A stretch of 32,000 nucleotides of DNA, taken from positions 20,232 to 52,231 of the forward strand of contig JAEOTO010000032.1 in NCBI GenBank assembly GCA_016839805.1, in the 5' to 3' direction. Within the stretch, counting starts at the first letter, position 1; the number at the start of each line of letters is the position of its first letter. This DNA is from Candidatus Hermodarchaeota archaeon (GTDB lineage Archaea > Asgardarchaeota > Hermodarchaeia > Hermodarchaeales > Hermodarchaeaceae). Of this stretch, positions 13,260 through 22,710 are shown piece by piece. The notes below the pieces were generated by a model. It was not told the DNA's origin and searched no databases. It worked only from the letters and a program-made list of their open reading frames with translations. A program made the translations under genes and the position numbers.

Positions 13260-14372
13260 CTATCGAGTAATTTGATATTGCGAAATTTCTTGAAATAATT
13301 TTATGGCTTCAGGTGTATCATCAAAGTATTTTCGGACAGGCTCAAGGAGATCGATAATTGCCTTCGTTGCCGCCTGCTTGAGATCCAGTGGATGAACTGC
13401 ACCTGACGCATATAATTCCTCAAGTTCATCAGCACTTGTAACGCTCAATGCACCGCCGTATTTTTCTGATCTCTCTAGGTGTAATGTGAACCCGTCCTGT
13501 GAAAATAAGAGATTACGAACATAGTTGAGTATAGGATTACCTTCTACAGTCTGAGCCGGACAATAAGCATTACGAATTTTCTTCGTAATTTCTCGTGACG
13601 AATCATGAATCAGGATTGAATCCCCGGGCTTAGATTTCGACATTTTAGAAGCCGTGGCTAAGTCTTGAGCAGAAAATTCGATTCCTATATCCATTCGCGA
13701 AGTTCCAGTTAGACCAGGCAAAAGCGGCATATGGATTCCCACTGGTTTCCAGTCTAGCTTCATTTTATCTGTCACTTCGCGAGCTAGAACATGAGCACGT
13801 CGTTGATCCATTCCTGCTAGACAAACCTCATACTGTTGGTCAATAATATCTGCAACCTGCAAACAAGGATAAATTAACTTGGAAAAGTCTATTGTGGCTT
13901 CTTCTTCACTTCGCCCCATAATATCTGTTGACCTTCGGACTCTTGCTAAAGTCAGATTTTTAGCAACTTGTAAAACCTTTTCCCAATACTCTAATCGACG
14001 CATTAGGTCCTCAGCTGTGACGATGTGTACTTTGCGCAGATCAACATTAAGTGCCACAAAGCAATGTCGAAGATATTCAGCACACTGTCGAATTCGTTCA
14101 ATATTGCCACCTAGTTTGTCATTAATTTGTGCATGCCATGTTGCAAGCAATATTTCCATTCGGACACCCAAATCTACGAGTTTGTTGAGTTTCTGAACCC
14201 AGCCAATCCAGCCGATATGGAATAACCCACTGGGTTCAACACCCACATAACCTCGAGGTTTCTCCTTGCGTTCGAATATCTTAGCAAGATCTTCCAACGT
14301 TAAGATTTCCTGTGTGTGTAGTGCAGCTTGTTCAACATCAGGCGGAAGGTTATTCACAGGTAACACGTCCAC
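13260..14372 (-). CDS. tyrS: Tyrosyl-tRNA synthetase (class I, archaeal type)
   Basis: GVEPSGLFHIGW (HIGH region), YPCLQVADI, GMDQRRAHVLAREV and KMSKSKP. The track ORF begins at TTG 14453. GTG 14372 is preferred because a TTTATATT box lies about 22-25 nt upstream, which implies a leaderless mRNA. The start is uncertain. Confidence 0.85.
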   Translation of the reverse strand: MDVLPVNNLPPDVEQAALHTQEILTLEDLAKIFERKEKPRGYVGVEPSGLFHIGWIGWVQKLNKLVDLGVRMEILLATWHAQINDKLGGNIERIRQCAEYLRHCFVALNVDLRKVHIVTAEDLMRRLEYWEKVLQVAKNLTLARVRRSTDIMGRSEEEATIDFSKLIYPCLQVADIIDQQYEVCLAGMDQRRAHVLAREVTDKMKLDWKPVGIHMPLLPGLTGTSRMDIGIEFSAQDLATASKMSKSKPGDSILIHDSSREITKKIRNAYCPAQTVEGNPILNYVRNLLFSQDGFTLHLERSEKYGGALSVTSADELEELYASGAVHPLDLKQAATKAIIDLLEPVRKYFDDTPEAIKLFQEISQYQITR

Positions 14373-14390
14373 GTGTCTCGGGCATGTTTT

Positions 14391-14402
14391 GTTTAATATA
14401 AA
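14391..14402 (-). promoter_or_regulatory. Putative archaeal TATA box (minus strand TTTATATTAAAC) for tyrS
   Basis: Forward gtttaatataaa at 14391-14402. Its distance to GTG 14372 fits the archaeal TATA-to-TSS spacing of about 25 nt (established knowledge). Inference only. Confidence 0.35.
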
Positions 14403-14486
14403 AAGACACCGATGTAAACCTACTCCCTTTATGAAAGGGTAATAAAAATACAAACCACAGTAATTGCTTGAAATTGGCGAAGCTTC

Positions 14487-14885
14487 ATGGTTCGACAGCG
14501 TAAAAACACTAATAGAACTCAGGAAATATTCGAAGAGCGTTTCAAAAAAGGAGTTAAGCTCTTATTAGAGCTTTCTAGTAAGGGTGTGCCCATTGCCGTG
14601 GAGGGAATTAAAGATATTACTGCTCTTCGTAGGATGGGATTAACTGGGCCCATACATACCCTAACGGGTCATAGCATCGTGAGTCTAGCTGATGAGCTTG
14701 CGGATTCAAATCAGCTTTTGATTTTATTTGACTTTGATCGCCGCGGAGAACAACTTTCTAGGCAATTAACACACCAATTACAAGGTCGAGGCGTACATTT
14801 GTTATTGAAGGAACGGAGTCAGTTACGACGTGCTTTCTGTTGGTATTCTCGAGTTATTGAAGGACTAAGATTCCCCGTGAAATAG
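14487..14885 (+). CDS. Small Toprim-domain protein (archaeal small primase-like, UPF0292-type)
   Basis: PIAVEGIKDITALRRMG (Toprim Glu) and LILFDFDRRGEQL (DxD); 132 aa. Confidence 0.75.
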   Translation: MVRQRKNTNRTQEIFEERFKKGVKLLLELSSKGVPIAVEGIKDITALRRMGLTGPIHTLTGHSIVSLADELADSNQLLILFDFDRRGEQLSRQLTHQLQGRGVHLLLKERSQLRRAFCWYSRVIEGLRFPVK

Positions 14886-15051
14886 TTCGAAAGGCGGAAA
14901 GTTTTAATGTGTTTCATTCAAGTGGCTATTTGCATCACGCTTACAAAGTTGCATTATCTAATCAAAAACAATCAGAAAAAATAACGGCGCACTCACAATC
15001 ACGCGCCGCCACTAAAAAAAATTACAATTCACTAATCACTAGGTGACGATT

Positions 15052-15195
15052 ATGGTAGCAAATGCAGAAACCACTGGTACCACTAAATATTGTATTCGTG
15101 GGAAAATTGAAATTGATGGAGTAGTAGAAACCCCGGATGTTGTAGGCGCCCTCTTTGGCCAAACTGAGGGCCTACACTTCATATCATTGATTTGA
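15052..15195 (+). CDS. dnaG: DnaG primase/exosome-associated protein, N-terminal fragment (47 codons, ends at TGA 15193-15195)
   Basis: Manual translation: [72 protein letters not shown] is the conserved archaeal DnaG N-terminus. AGGTGA lies 5 nt upstream of the ATG. Not in the ORF track because it is under the length cut-off. Confidence 0.8.
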   Translation: MVANAETTGTTKYCIRGKIEIDGVVETPDVVGALFGQTEGLHFISLI

Positions 15196-16363
15196 AGGGG
15201 CAATCGGCGAAGATTTGGACCTCAGAGAATTGCAACAATCGGGACGAATTGGTCGAATAAAAGTTGAGCTGCACTCGGAAAGTGGCAAATCAAAAGGTAC
15301 TATTACCATTCCATGCAGTCTTGATCGAACGGAAACTGCAATCCTTGCAGCAGCCATTGAAACGGTGGACCGCGTGGGTCCCTGTGCTGCTAAGATTACA
15401 CTAGAAAAGGTAGAAGACGTTCGAGAAGAAAAACGTAAACGCATTATTGACCGTGCTGTAGAACTATTACGCGACTGGGAGGGAGAAATCTCCCCAGATT
15501 CGCAGGAAATGACCGACACTGTAGTTAGCGAATCCCGTACAGCCGATATAACGAAAATTGGTAAAGATAGGCTTCCGGCAGGCCCTGATACGCAAAAATC
15601 TGATACCATCATTATTGTCGAAGGACGTGCTGACGTACTCGCACTACTTAGAGCTGGTATTAGAAATGCTGTTGCAGTTGAAGGTACCTCGATTCCAAAA
15701 TCATTACGCGAAATTATTAACTCAAAAACGGTAATTGCCTTCCTTGACGGAGATCGAGGAGGCGATCTGATTCTCAAAGAATTATCTCAAGTCTCGAATG
15801 TAGATTTTGTTGCAAGGGCACCTCATGGTAGAGAAGTAGAAGAGCTTACACATAAAGAAATTACCAAGGCGCTTCGCCATAAGGTTCCTGCTGAACAACT
15901 AACTGGGAAACCAAGGAGAAGGAAACCTACAACGACCCCGAGGACAAAACAGCAGATACGTCGGACCAAACCACAGAAGACCAAAGAACCGCCTCGGAAG
16001 ACAAAAACCACTACTACAAAAAGGACTTCACGAGCTAAAGCGATTGAAAAAGCGAAAGTAGAACCAAAGGAGTTGGGCATTCCAAAACCAGTTCTTGATT
16101 CTGCCGAGAAGATACAACAGACTATGATGGCTGTTATTTTTGATGATAATTTCAAACAACTTCAAGAACCGCATGTTGGAGAACTAGCAAACGAGTTACA
16201 GAAGCTTGACAAAGCAAATACGCTTCTTCTAGATGGCGTGGTTACTCAGCGTCTCATTGATATTGCAGAGGAACGAGGGGTTAGGTTGATTATTGGTGTT
16301 CGTATTGGTAATATTGTCAAGAAGCCTGCAAAAATGCGAATTCATACATTTGATGAGTTATAA
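15191..16363 (+). CDS. dnaG: DnaG primase/exosome-associated protein, main body in the +1 frame relative to the N-terminal fragment
   Basis: The frame opens at 15191 ([25 protein letters not shown]...), which continues the DnaG consensus LDLRELQ.GRIGRI. Toprim motifs [10 protein letters not shown] and [12 protein letters not shown] are present. The track calls TTG 15215 as the start. Confidence 0.85.
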   Translation, partial: FEGAIGEDLDLRELQQSGRIGRIKVELHSESGKSKGTITIPCSLDRTETAILAAAIETVDRVGPCAAKITLEKVEDVREEKRKRIIDRAVELLRDWEGEISPDSQEMTDTVVSESRTADITKIGKDRLPAGPDTQKSDTIIIVEGRADVLALLRAGIRNAVAVEGTSIPKSLREIINSKTVIAFLDGDRGGDLILKELSQVSNVDFVARAPHGREVEELTHKEITKALRHKVPAEQLTGKPRRRKPTTTPRTKQQIRRTKPQKTKEPPRKTKTTTTKRTSRAKAIEKAKVEPKELGIPKPVLDSAEKIQQTMMAVIFDDNFKQLQEPHVGELANELQKLDKANTLLLDGVVTQRLIDIAEERGVRLIIGVRIGNIVKKPAKMRIHTFDEL

Positions 16364-16452
16364 CATGCCATCATCCTGTCAAGTCAGCAAGGCTTAAATA
16401 TCGAGCACTCTCAGGTTCGCCTCGACCCTATCAATACAGTGAGTGTGTTTTC

Positions 16453-16749
16453 GTGGCTGAAACAAATGCAAAGCTCATCCGAGTCCTTCGAGCAGTCGCA
16501 TTGCTCTTCCTAGTTGCAGCAGCAGCCCTTATCTTGTTAAACCTGGTTCCCGGTATTTCTTGGGAACTACCTTCTGCCGTTGTTTTTTTGGGCTTTATAC
16601 TCATCGGCGGTCTTAGCTTTGGTATTTCTGGATTGATGTCAGAAAATCCTCAAATAACCCGAAAGTTATTCTTTGAATGGCTTATTGTTGTTGCCGTGAT
16701 TCTCATATGGGTCGTTGGTGTCTATTCTTTACTAATTCCAATTACATGA
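16453..16749 (+). CDS. Hypothetical small membrane protein (3 predicted TM segments)
   Basis: 98-aa ORF with a GTG start and strongly hydrophobic segments, ending 9 nt before atpD. No family recognised. Confidence 0.5.
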   Translation: MAETNAKLIRVLRAVALLFLVAAAALILLNLVPGISWELPSAVVFLGFILIGGLSFGISGLMSENPQITRKLFFEWLIVVAVILIWVVGVYSLLIPIT

Positions 16750-16758
16750 GGTAGCATC

Positions 16759-17412
16759 TTGTCTGAATCGGCTGGAATCATTGCAGGTGTTCGTCCAACA
16801 CGAATGGAGTTACTAGCCTTAAAGGAGAGACGTGAACTAGCTGCACGTGGTTATGAACTTCTCCGAGAAAAACAGGATGCATTGGTCCGTGAATTTTTCG
16901 CAATATTATCTGAGGCGAAGAAGTATCGAGAAGAAATGGAAACTACTTTGGCTGAAGCTTTTTCATCGTTTATGGAAGCAAAATTAGTTGAAGGCGGAGC
17001 AAAATTAGAAGAACTATCTTTGGGTGCAAGAAGTCCGATAGATTTTGAAGTTGAAACAAGGAACACGATGGGGGTTTCAGTGCCCATATTCCGGATTACA
17101 CAACAGAATGAAGAACACCACCTACATTATAGTCTGGCCAGTACTTCTGCTGCCGTAGACAAAGCCACTCAGAAGGTACGTTCAGCCCTCGATAAAGTTG
17201 TGCGCCTTGCGGAAATTGAAGCAACAGTCAAACGGCTTGCTGCTGAAATTGAGAAAACAAAACGGCGTGTAAATGCCTTAAACTACGTGGTTCTTCCCCG
17301 AATCAATAATACAATCCGATACATTGAGCTCATGCTTGAAGAGCAAGAAAGAGAGGATCTATTTAGAATGAAACGTGTTAAGGCTATGTTGGAACGCAAA
17401 GCTCGTATGTAA
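16759..17412 (+). CDS. atpD: A/V-type ATP synthase subunit D
   Basis: RPTRMELLALKERRELAARGYELLREKQDALVREF and the C-terminal KRRVNALNYVVLPR are typical of subunit D. The TTG start is preceded by GAGGT at 6 nt. Confidence 0.9.
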   Translation: MSESAGIIAGVRPTRMELLALKERRELAARGYELLREKQDALVREFFAILSEAKKYREEMETTLAEAFSSFMEAKLVEGGAKLEELSLGARSPIDFEVETRNTMGVSVPIFRITQQNEEHHLHYSLASTSAAVDKATQKVRSALDKVVRLAEIEATVKRLAAEIEKTKRRVNALNYVVLPRINNTIRYIELMLEEQEREDLFRMKRVKAMLERKARM

Positions 17413-17417
17413 CTGTC

Positions 17418-17843
17418 TTAGCCTTGAGTAAGAGTAATTATTGCCTTAGCCAGGTTCCCGTCCGTCGCTCGCAACGCCTCTCGGGCGTCCTCCTCAGAAA
17501 CATTAGCTTGACTTGCTACTAGTTGAACATCCTCTTCTGTAAAAGATCGAGGAGGAGCTATTGAAGTTCCTTCTTCAACTGCAGTGGAAGCTGTTATTCC
17601 TCTTTCCTCAGATTGGCCTACTATTTGATAAATATCGTCACCTTGTGCTTTCATTAAGAGTACTTGAGGTTCGGGAAGGATTAATTCTTTGTCAGGAAAA
17701 CGAATAAGGACCTCTGTGACGTCATCTAATTGTTGAAAATCGACGCCCATGCGTCGCATTTGTCGCTCCATTGAGCGCTTCTTTGACTTGACTTTTTTTA
17801 CTTTTACCAAATTTGATCCCTCATTTTCACAACAAATTCGCAT
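17418..17843 (-). CDS. nac: Nascent polypeptide-associated complex protein (archaeal NAC, with C-terminal UBA)
   Basis: RQMRRMGVDFQQLDDVTEVLI (NAC domain) and VSEEDAREALRATDGNLAKAIITL (UBA). The start codon is uncertain. Confidence 0.85.
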   Translation of the reverse strand: MRICCENEGSNLVKVKKVKSKKRSMERQMRRMGVDFQQLDDVTEVLIRFPDKELILPEPQVLLMKAQGDDIYQIVGQSEERGITASTAVEEGTSIAPPRSFTEEDVQLVASQANVSEEDAREALRATDGNLAKAIITLTQG

Positions 17844-17859
17844 TATTGATTGACATAAT

Positions 17860-18372
17860 TTAGGTTTTTCTTTTCTTGCTTGAATGCCGCGTTTTAACAG
17901 CTACACCACGGGACAACTCAAGCATTTCTTGAGGACTTAATTGAGCCATCCCCACAGCAAGAAGAGTATCTTTGTCATCTACGACAAGGACTTCATCTCC
18001 TGCCCGCAAATCGGGATCTACCTCTTTAATGTGTTTAGCAAAAACGCTGCGGCCTTCTTTAATAAAAGGTGCGATCTCTTGGCTTACAATTACACGAAGC
18101 TTCGGGTAGGGAGCTGTTTGATGTAAACGCATAGCACCAGTCATGGTTAAGACAATTCGTCCATCATGTGCTCGAATAGTAGCAAGAACTTTAGATTCGA
18201 GTAACACTCTACGAATTTGACCTGATCTTTTGGAAATCTCTAACTCACAATTATCTGGGAATAGCAGGTGTCCAATTGAAGAGCTGAATTGATAGTTCGC
18301 TATACCTCTTGCCCTAAGCAATGGATCATCAATCTCGATTTGGCTCGCCTCGTCTTTCTTACAATAGATCAT
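17860..18372 (-). CDS. PUA-domain RNA-binding protein
   Basis: C-terminal [38 protein letters not shown] is a PUA-domain signature. Its start overlaps the PAN stop by 4 nt (ATGA), suggesting an operon. Confidence 0.75.
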   Translation of the reverse strand: MIYCKKDEASQIEIDDPLLRARGIANYQFSSSIGHLLFPDNCELEISKRSGQIRRVLLESKVLATIRAHDGRIVLTMTGAMRLHQTAPYPKLRVIVSQEIAPFIKEGRSVFAKHIKEVDPDLRAGDEVLVVDDKDTLLAVGMAQLSPQEMLELSRGVAVKTRHSSKKRKT

Positions 18373-19583
18373 CCATAAATGTCTGTCGCGTCGCTACGGT
18401 CAGCAATGTTGCCTAAAACTTTGGTTATGGCTTTGTTGAAGTCATCCCGGCTAACAACATCCCGAAGTTCTCGAATAGCGAACATTCCCGCTTCGGTGCA
18501 AATTGCTTTTAGATCGGCTCCAGATGCCCCATTTGTTTTGGCGGCAATTAAGCTAACATCTACATCAGATTGGATGTTCATATTTCGCATATGAATTTGG
18601 AGTATCTGTATTCGAGCTTCTTTATCAGGAAATGGAAATTCGATAATGCGGTCAAATCGTCCTGGTCGAGTTAACGCATTGTCTAGGATGTCGGGTCGAT
18701 TAGTGGCAGCGATAATTCGAACATCACCACGAGGATCAAATCCATCGAGCATGCTGAGGAGTTGCATAAGAGTACGTTGCACCTCGCGATCTCCGCTTGT
18801 TGCTATATCGAGTCGTCGACTTGCAACAGCATCTAATTCATCGATAAAAACAATACTTGGAGAACGTTTACGAGCCATATAGAAGATTTCTCTAACGATG
18901 CGTGCTCCTTCGCCAATGAATTTCTGCACTAATTCGGAACCAATGACGCGAATAAAGGTGGCTTTTGTTTCATGGGCTACCGCTCGGGCGAGTAGGGTTT
19001 TTCCTGTGCCAGGTGGACCACATAAAAGAACGCCTTTGGGCGGTTCAATACCGACTTTTTCAAAGAGCTCAGGGTGTAGAAGGGGAAGTTCAACTGTTTC
19101 ACGAATCTCTGCAATCTGCTCTTCTAATCCACCAATATCCTCATACGTAACATCGGGACTTTCTTCTACATTCATAGCCTGAACAAAAGGATCAACCGAA
19201 ATGGGTAAGACATCTACAACCGCCAGGGTTCGCTGGTTAAGAGCTACTTTCGCTCCAGATTCAAGTTTGCTTCCAATAATTGATTCGGGGTAATTAACAA
19301 CGAATTGTGGTCCCGTGCTACTTTTCACAATTACTCTGCCATCACCAAGAACATCGATTACTGTGGCTGAGACCAATGGAGGTTGTCTTAGCTTATTCAG
19401 CTCTGCCTGTAAAATCCGAACTTCATTTTCAAGTCGAGTACGTTCAGCTGTGATTTGTTCCTTTTCGAGTTCTAACTCACGGACTCGTTGCTCCAATAAG
19501 ATTGTACGTTCAGCAAGAGACATGTAATCTTCAGGGGAGATCGCTTTTTTACGAATATCAGTGGAATCGGTCATTGCAAGCAC
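18369..19583 (-). CDS. pan: Proteasome-activating nucleotidase (AAA+ ATPase, Rpt homolog)
   Basis: N-terminal coiled coil, Walker [12 protein letters not shown], Walker [32 protein letters not shown], and a C-terminal Hb-Y-X tail (IYG). Confidence 0.95.
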   Translation of the reverse strand: MLAMTDSTDIRKKAISPEDYMSLAERTILLEQRVRELELEKEQITAERTRLENEVRILQAELNKLRQPPLVSATVIDVLGDGRVIVKSSTGPQFVVNYPESIIGSKLESGAKVALNQRTLAVVDVLPISVDPFVQAMNVEESPDVTYEDIGGLEEQIAEIRETVELPLLHPELFEKVGIEPPKGVLLCGPPGTGKTLLARAVAHETKATFIRVIGSELVQKFIGEGARIVREIFYMARKRSPSIVFIDELDAVASRRLDIATSGDREVQRTLMQLLSMLDGFDPRGDVRIIAATNRPDILDNALTRPGRFDRIIEFPFPDKEARIQILQIHMRNMNIQSDVDVSLIAAKTNGASGADLKAICTEAGMFAIRELRDVVSRDDFNKAITKVLGNIADRSDATDIYG

Positions 19584-19716
19584 TCTGAGTTAAACGCGCT
19601 AAAAGCTTTTTTTATTCCTCCAGTGTTAATATAAAACCTCATTAGGAATCAGTTAGAATGAAAAGATACTTTTAGATATTCGCGGGTAAAGTGTTAGATG
19701 GTGGCGAAAAAGCGTC

Positions 19717-20217
19717 ATGCCAACCTGTGAGATATGTGGTCGCGAATGCAAGTCAACGAGAGAAATTTCCCTTGAAGGAGCATGTCTCCAAGCCTGTAGT
19801 CGTTGTGCACAGCTAGGAGAACCTGTGCAACGAAGAAAAAAACCAAGCTCTCAGACTCGCCCAATAGCAAAACCCCGTTCTTCCTCAACTCGATATACCA
19901 CAGTTCGCCCTCGTTCTCAAAGACGCGAGTTGGTACCGGTAGAAGATTTTACTAAGTTAATTCGAAGGGCAAGAGAAGAGAGAAAGTGGTCACAAAAAGA
20001 CGTTGCTAATAAACTCCATGAAAGAACATCAGTCATCACAAAAGTTGAGAGTGGAAAAATGGCTCCCACTATCAATCTGGCAAGAAAACTGGAACGCCTG
20101 TTTAAACTAACACTTCTTGAAGAAACAGAATCCATTGACCTTTCACCCACTCCTTCACACAGTACAGCAACATTGGGAGATGTTGTTCAGATAAAACGAA
20201 AGAAACCCAGCTCCTAG
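19717..20217 (+). CDS. mbf1: Multiprotein bridging factor 1 (archaeal MBF1: zinc ribbon + HTH-XRE)
   Basis: N-terminal CEICG....CSRC zinc ribbon and an HTH region (IRRAREERKWSQKDVANKL.ERTSVITKVESGKMAPTINLARKLE). Confidence 0.85.
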   Translation: MPTCEICGRECKSTREISLEGACLQACSRCAQLGEPVQRRKKPSSQTRPIAKPRSSSTRYTTVRPRSQRRELVPVEDFTKLIRRAREERKWSQKDVANKLHERTSVITKVESGKMAPTINLARKLERLFKLTLLEETESIDLSPTPSHSTATLGDVVQIKRKKPSS

Positions 20218-20265
20218 ATTGATCGTAGCCGAGAGAGATACATATTGAAAGGTCGAGATTCCTTT

Positions 20266-20814
20266 ATGAAACCCCCAAAATGGCGCATAGTTGTATTAAG
20301 GCTGGATCATCGCCCTGAACGTGATAAACGAGTAACAACACATATTGGATTAACCGCACGGGCGTTTGGGGCATCAGGTCTTTGGACGGCAGGATTGAAG
20401 GATCTCAAAATTGTTGAGTCAATGAAACAGGTGACTTCACAGTGGGGTTACAAGAGATTTGAAGTCATAACTGGAGTTAATTGGCGTCACCGGTTACGGA
20501 AGTGGAAAGAAGAAGGAGGTGAAGTTATTCATCTTACGATGTATGGGTTACATATTGACAAGGTAATATCAAAAATTGATTCTTCACCTCGAGCTAAACT
20601 CATTGTAGTGGGTAGTTCAAAGGTTCCCATTGAGGTTTTCAAAGTTGCTGATTATAACGTCGCTATCGGTCATCAACCTCATAGTGAAATTGCTGCGCTG
20701 GCAATTTTTCTCGACCGACTTTTTCAAGGAAAAATGCTTCATAAAAGGTTTCTTGATGCTAAAATGGAAATAAAACCTACAGCAGATGGGAAACGGGTTA
20801 AGGAACCGGAGTAA
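20266..20814 (+). CDS. tRNA (cytidine56-2'-O)-methyltransferase aTrm56 (SPOUT)
   Basis: VVLRLDHRPERDKRVTTHIGLTARAFGA is the aTrm56 N-terminal signature; HQPHSEIAALAIFLDRL lies near the C-terminus. ATG 20266 is preferred over TTG 20245. Confidence 0.85.
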   Translation: MKPPKWRIVVLRLDHRPERDKRVTTHIGLTARAFGASGLWTAGLKDLKIVESMKQVTSQWGYKRFEVITGVNWRHRLRKWKEEGGEVIHLTMYGLHIDKVISKIDSSPRAKLIVVGSSKVPIEVFKVADYNVAIGHQPHSEIAALAIFLDRLFQGKMLHKRFLDAKMEIKPTADGKRVKEPE

Positions 20815-20887
20815 TCATGATACGGATTGGGTCCAAGAACTGGATTTTGTGAAACAAAAAGGTCTATATTCCATGCCGGAGTAGATT

Positions 20888-21409
20888 ATGTGTAAATCTA
20901 TGTCTGGACGTGAGATGCTAATTAAGCAGGTTGTCATTGAGTTCGCCGGTGATGACGCATTTGAAGTTGCGTCGCGTTTGAAAGAGGATGAAGAAACTAC
21001 AGATGAGGAAATTGCCAATCAAACAGGCATGCGCCTCAATGCTGTTAGGAAAATTCTCTACAAGCTTTATGACCTTCATTTGGCGTCCTATCGCCGTACC
21101 CGCGATAAAGAAACCGGATGGTTTGTCTATTACTGGATATTAGAGCCGGAACGCATCCATGATCTTTTACGCGAGAAAAAAAACAAGGTCCTTGAACGAC
21201 TAAGACAGCGTCTAGCATACGAAGCAGAAAACACCTTCTACCATTGTAATCATGATGGCTGTCCACGTCACACCTTTGATGAAGCCATGACAAACGCCTT
21301 CAAATGCCCAATATGTAATAACCAACTTGTCCACGTCGACAATACCCAAATAATCTCGATTCTACGCAAACAAATTGAAGTCTTAGAGGAAGATATCAAG
21401 CCAAATTAG
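20888..21409 (+). CDS. tfe: Transcription factor E (TFE-alpha, TFIIE-alpha homolog)
   Basis: Winged-helix region (TDEEIANQTGMRLNAVRKILYKLYDLHLASYRRTRDKETGWFVYYW) followed by a zinc ribbon (YHCN...CPICNNQL). Confidence 0.9.
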   Translation: MCKSMSGREMLIKQVVIEFAGDDAFEVASRLKEDEETTDEEIANQTGMRLNAVRKILYKLYDLHLASYRRTRDKETGWFVYYWILEPERIHDLLREKKNKVLERLRQRLAYEAENTFYHCNHDGCPRHTFDEAMTNAFKCPICNNQLVHVDNTQIISILRKQIEVLEEDIKPN

Positions 21410-21480
21410 TGTGTGCAAAGAAGGTTTCTTTATTCCAAGGAGACCTTTTTAGGGGAGCATCGAATAACGGAATTCAAGTT

Positions 21481-21589
21481 GGGCCGATGGTCTAGCTATC
21501 TACTGGGATACTCCCCCGGTGGACTAGAAGGTTATGATATCGCGCTTACACCGCGATGGTCGGGGGTTCGAATCCCTCTCGGCCCACCA
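21481..21589 (+). tRNA. tRNA-Val(UAC) with one D-loop intron of about 33 nt; CCA encoded
   Basis: GGGCCGA TG GTCTAG[CTATCTACTGGGATACTCCCCCGGTGGACTAGAA]GGTTATGAT A TCGCG CTTACAC CGCGA TGGTC GGGGG TTCGAAT CCCTC TCGGCCC A CCA. Confidence 0.85.
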
Positions 21590-21700
21590 TCTTGTTACTC
21601 ATCTTCACAATCATGATGAAAGACTACAGAGTTTGTCGCTGCCTAAAACCAGCAACATAAACTTATTAAAGAGCGTTATTTGTACCTGCAACGACCCCGT

Positions 21701-21786
21701 GCCGGGGTATCCTAGCCTGGTAGGGAGCAGGCCTGCTAAGTCTGTGTCCATGGGACTCACGGGTTCGAATCCCGTCCCCGGCGCCA
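21701..21786 (+). tRNA. tRNA-Ser(GCU), class II, intron-less, CCA encoded
   Basis: GCCGGGG TA TCCTAGCCTGGTAGGGA G CAGGC CTGCTAA GTCTG TGTCCATGGGACTC ACGGG TTCGAAT CCCGT CCCCGGC G CCA. Confidence 0.93.
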
Positions 21787-21826
21787 TAAACTCTTTAGTA
21801 CAAGTAGACTCGGAGATGTTTTGTCT

Positions 21827-22333
21827 ATGCCGTTTACTCCCTTTCATCTAGGTCCTGGACTCCTCATTGGATTGATTTTTTTTCCCCTGTTATATCTTCC
21901 AGCAGTCTTACTTGGAAGTATAATTGTGGATGTTGAACCACTAAGTTTTCTTATTCTTGGTCTCCCCGTTCTTCACCTATTTTTTCATACTTTTTTGGGA
22001 GCAACAATCATGGCTCTCATCCTTGCCCTAATCGTGTTTCTGCTCCAAGAATTATTGGGAAGCATAATGAGAGTTTTTCGTCTTCCACAAAAAGCCTCTC
22101 CTATGAACATAACTCTCGCCGCTCTGATAGGAGCCTATTCACATATTATTTTAGACGCGTTTTTGTATCCTGAGATGCAACCATTTTGGCCCCTATTGGG
22201 CAATCCCTTTCTTGGCCTTGTTTCGAGTTCCACGGTGTACCTTTTCTGCATAATCTGTTTCATTATAGCTATCCCATTATACATTTTCCAGATTTGGCGG
22301 ATAAAACAGCAGACGAAGAAAATGATTATATAG
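21827..22333 (+). CDS. Hypothetical integral membrane protein (possibly membrane-bound metal-dependent hydrolase, DUF4184/YdjM-like)
   Basis: MPFTPFHLGPGLL start, four or more hydrophobic segments, and His/Asp-containing HTFLGA and YSHIILDAF. The family call is tentative. Start is ATG 21827 or TTG 21821. Confidence 0.5.
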   Translation: MPFTPFHLGPGLLIGLIFFPLLYLPAVLLGSIIVDVEPLSFLILGLPVLHLFFHTFLGATIMALILALIVFLLQELLGSIMRVFRLPQKASPMNITLAALIGAYSHIILDAFLYPEMQPFWPLLGNPFLGLVSSSTVYLFCIICFIIAIPLYIFQIWRIKQQTKKMII

Positions 22334-22351
22334 CGCCAAGTTGTGGAAGCT

Positions 22352-22705
22352 GGTTGGACGGTGAGCCTAGGCGGGGGGCTAGAAGCCCCGCAGCGCCGCT
22401 ACGGGCTGGCTAAGGCTCCCCTGTACCGCAGATGCTCTATACGGCGGGCTGAATGCCGACACTAGGCTTTCTGACCTGTTGTACGACTTGCTGTTCGTGG
22501 CAGTGACGATCCGCCTCGGAGGATCGCTGGTGGCGGTAGGCTTTTCGTAGGAAGGGCTGAATCGCCTTTATCAGGTAAACCCAGCGAGACCCGGGAGGGA
22601 GCAGCGTAAGCCTGTACTGTAGATGCTTCCGAGATCCGGGTCCGAGACCTGGCGGTGAGTACGGCATCAGTGAGGGTTGACGACCGTCGGGGCTCCCGTC
22701 CGCCT
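22352..22705 (+). ncRNA. ffs: Signal recognition particle RNA (7S/SRP RNA)
   Basis: 5' GAGCCTAGGCGGGGGGCT resembles the archaeal Alu-domain start GGCUAGGCCGGGGGG. CAGGTAAACCCAGCGAGACCCGGGAGGGAGCAGCG resembles the helix-8 consensus CAGGUC..CCGGAAGGAAGCAGC. The 5' GGACGGTGAGCC pairs with the 3' GGCTCCCGTCC, and CTTTTCTT follows. Ends are good to +/-10 nt. Confidence 0.8.
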
Positions 22706-22710
22706 TTTCT

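Noticed and set aside
15170-15210. Archaeal BHB-type mRNA intron in dnaG, spliced by the tRNA endonuclease
   Set aside because: The only helix-bulge-helix I could draw uses H1 15170-15173/15198-15201 and H2 15177-15180/15194-15197. It would excise 17 nt, which does not restore the frame, and no helix supports the frame-restoring 28-nt excision. Left as an experimental check inside the dnaG finding.
15184-15777. 197-aa antisense ORF within dnaG, and similar antisense ORFs within PAN (18379-19527), S2P, TnpB-1 and tyrS
   Set aside because: They are fully nested antisense to strongly supported genes, and their Ser/Arg-rich low-complexity translations are typical shadow ORFs.
22186-22667. ORFs 22186-22413 (+) and 22437-22667 (-)
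   Set aside because: They lie on the SRP RNA gene. The Arg/Gly/Pro-rich translations are typical of structured-RNA shadows.
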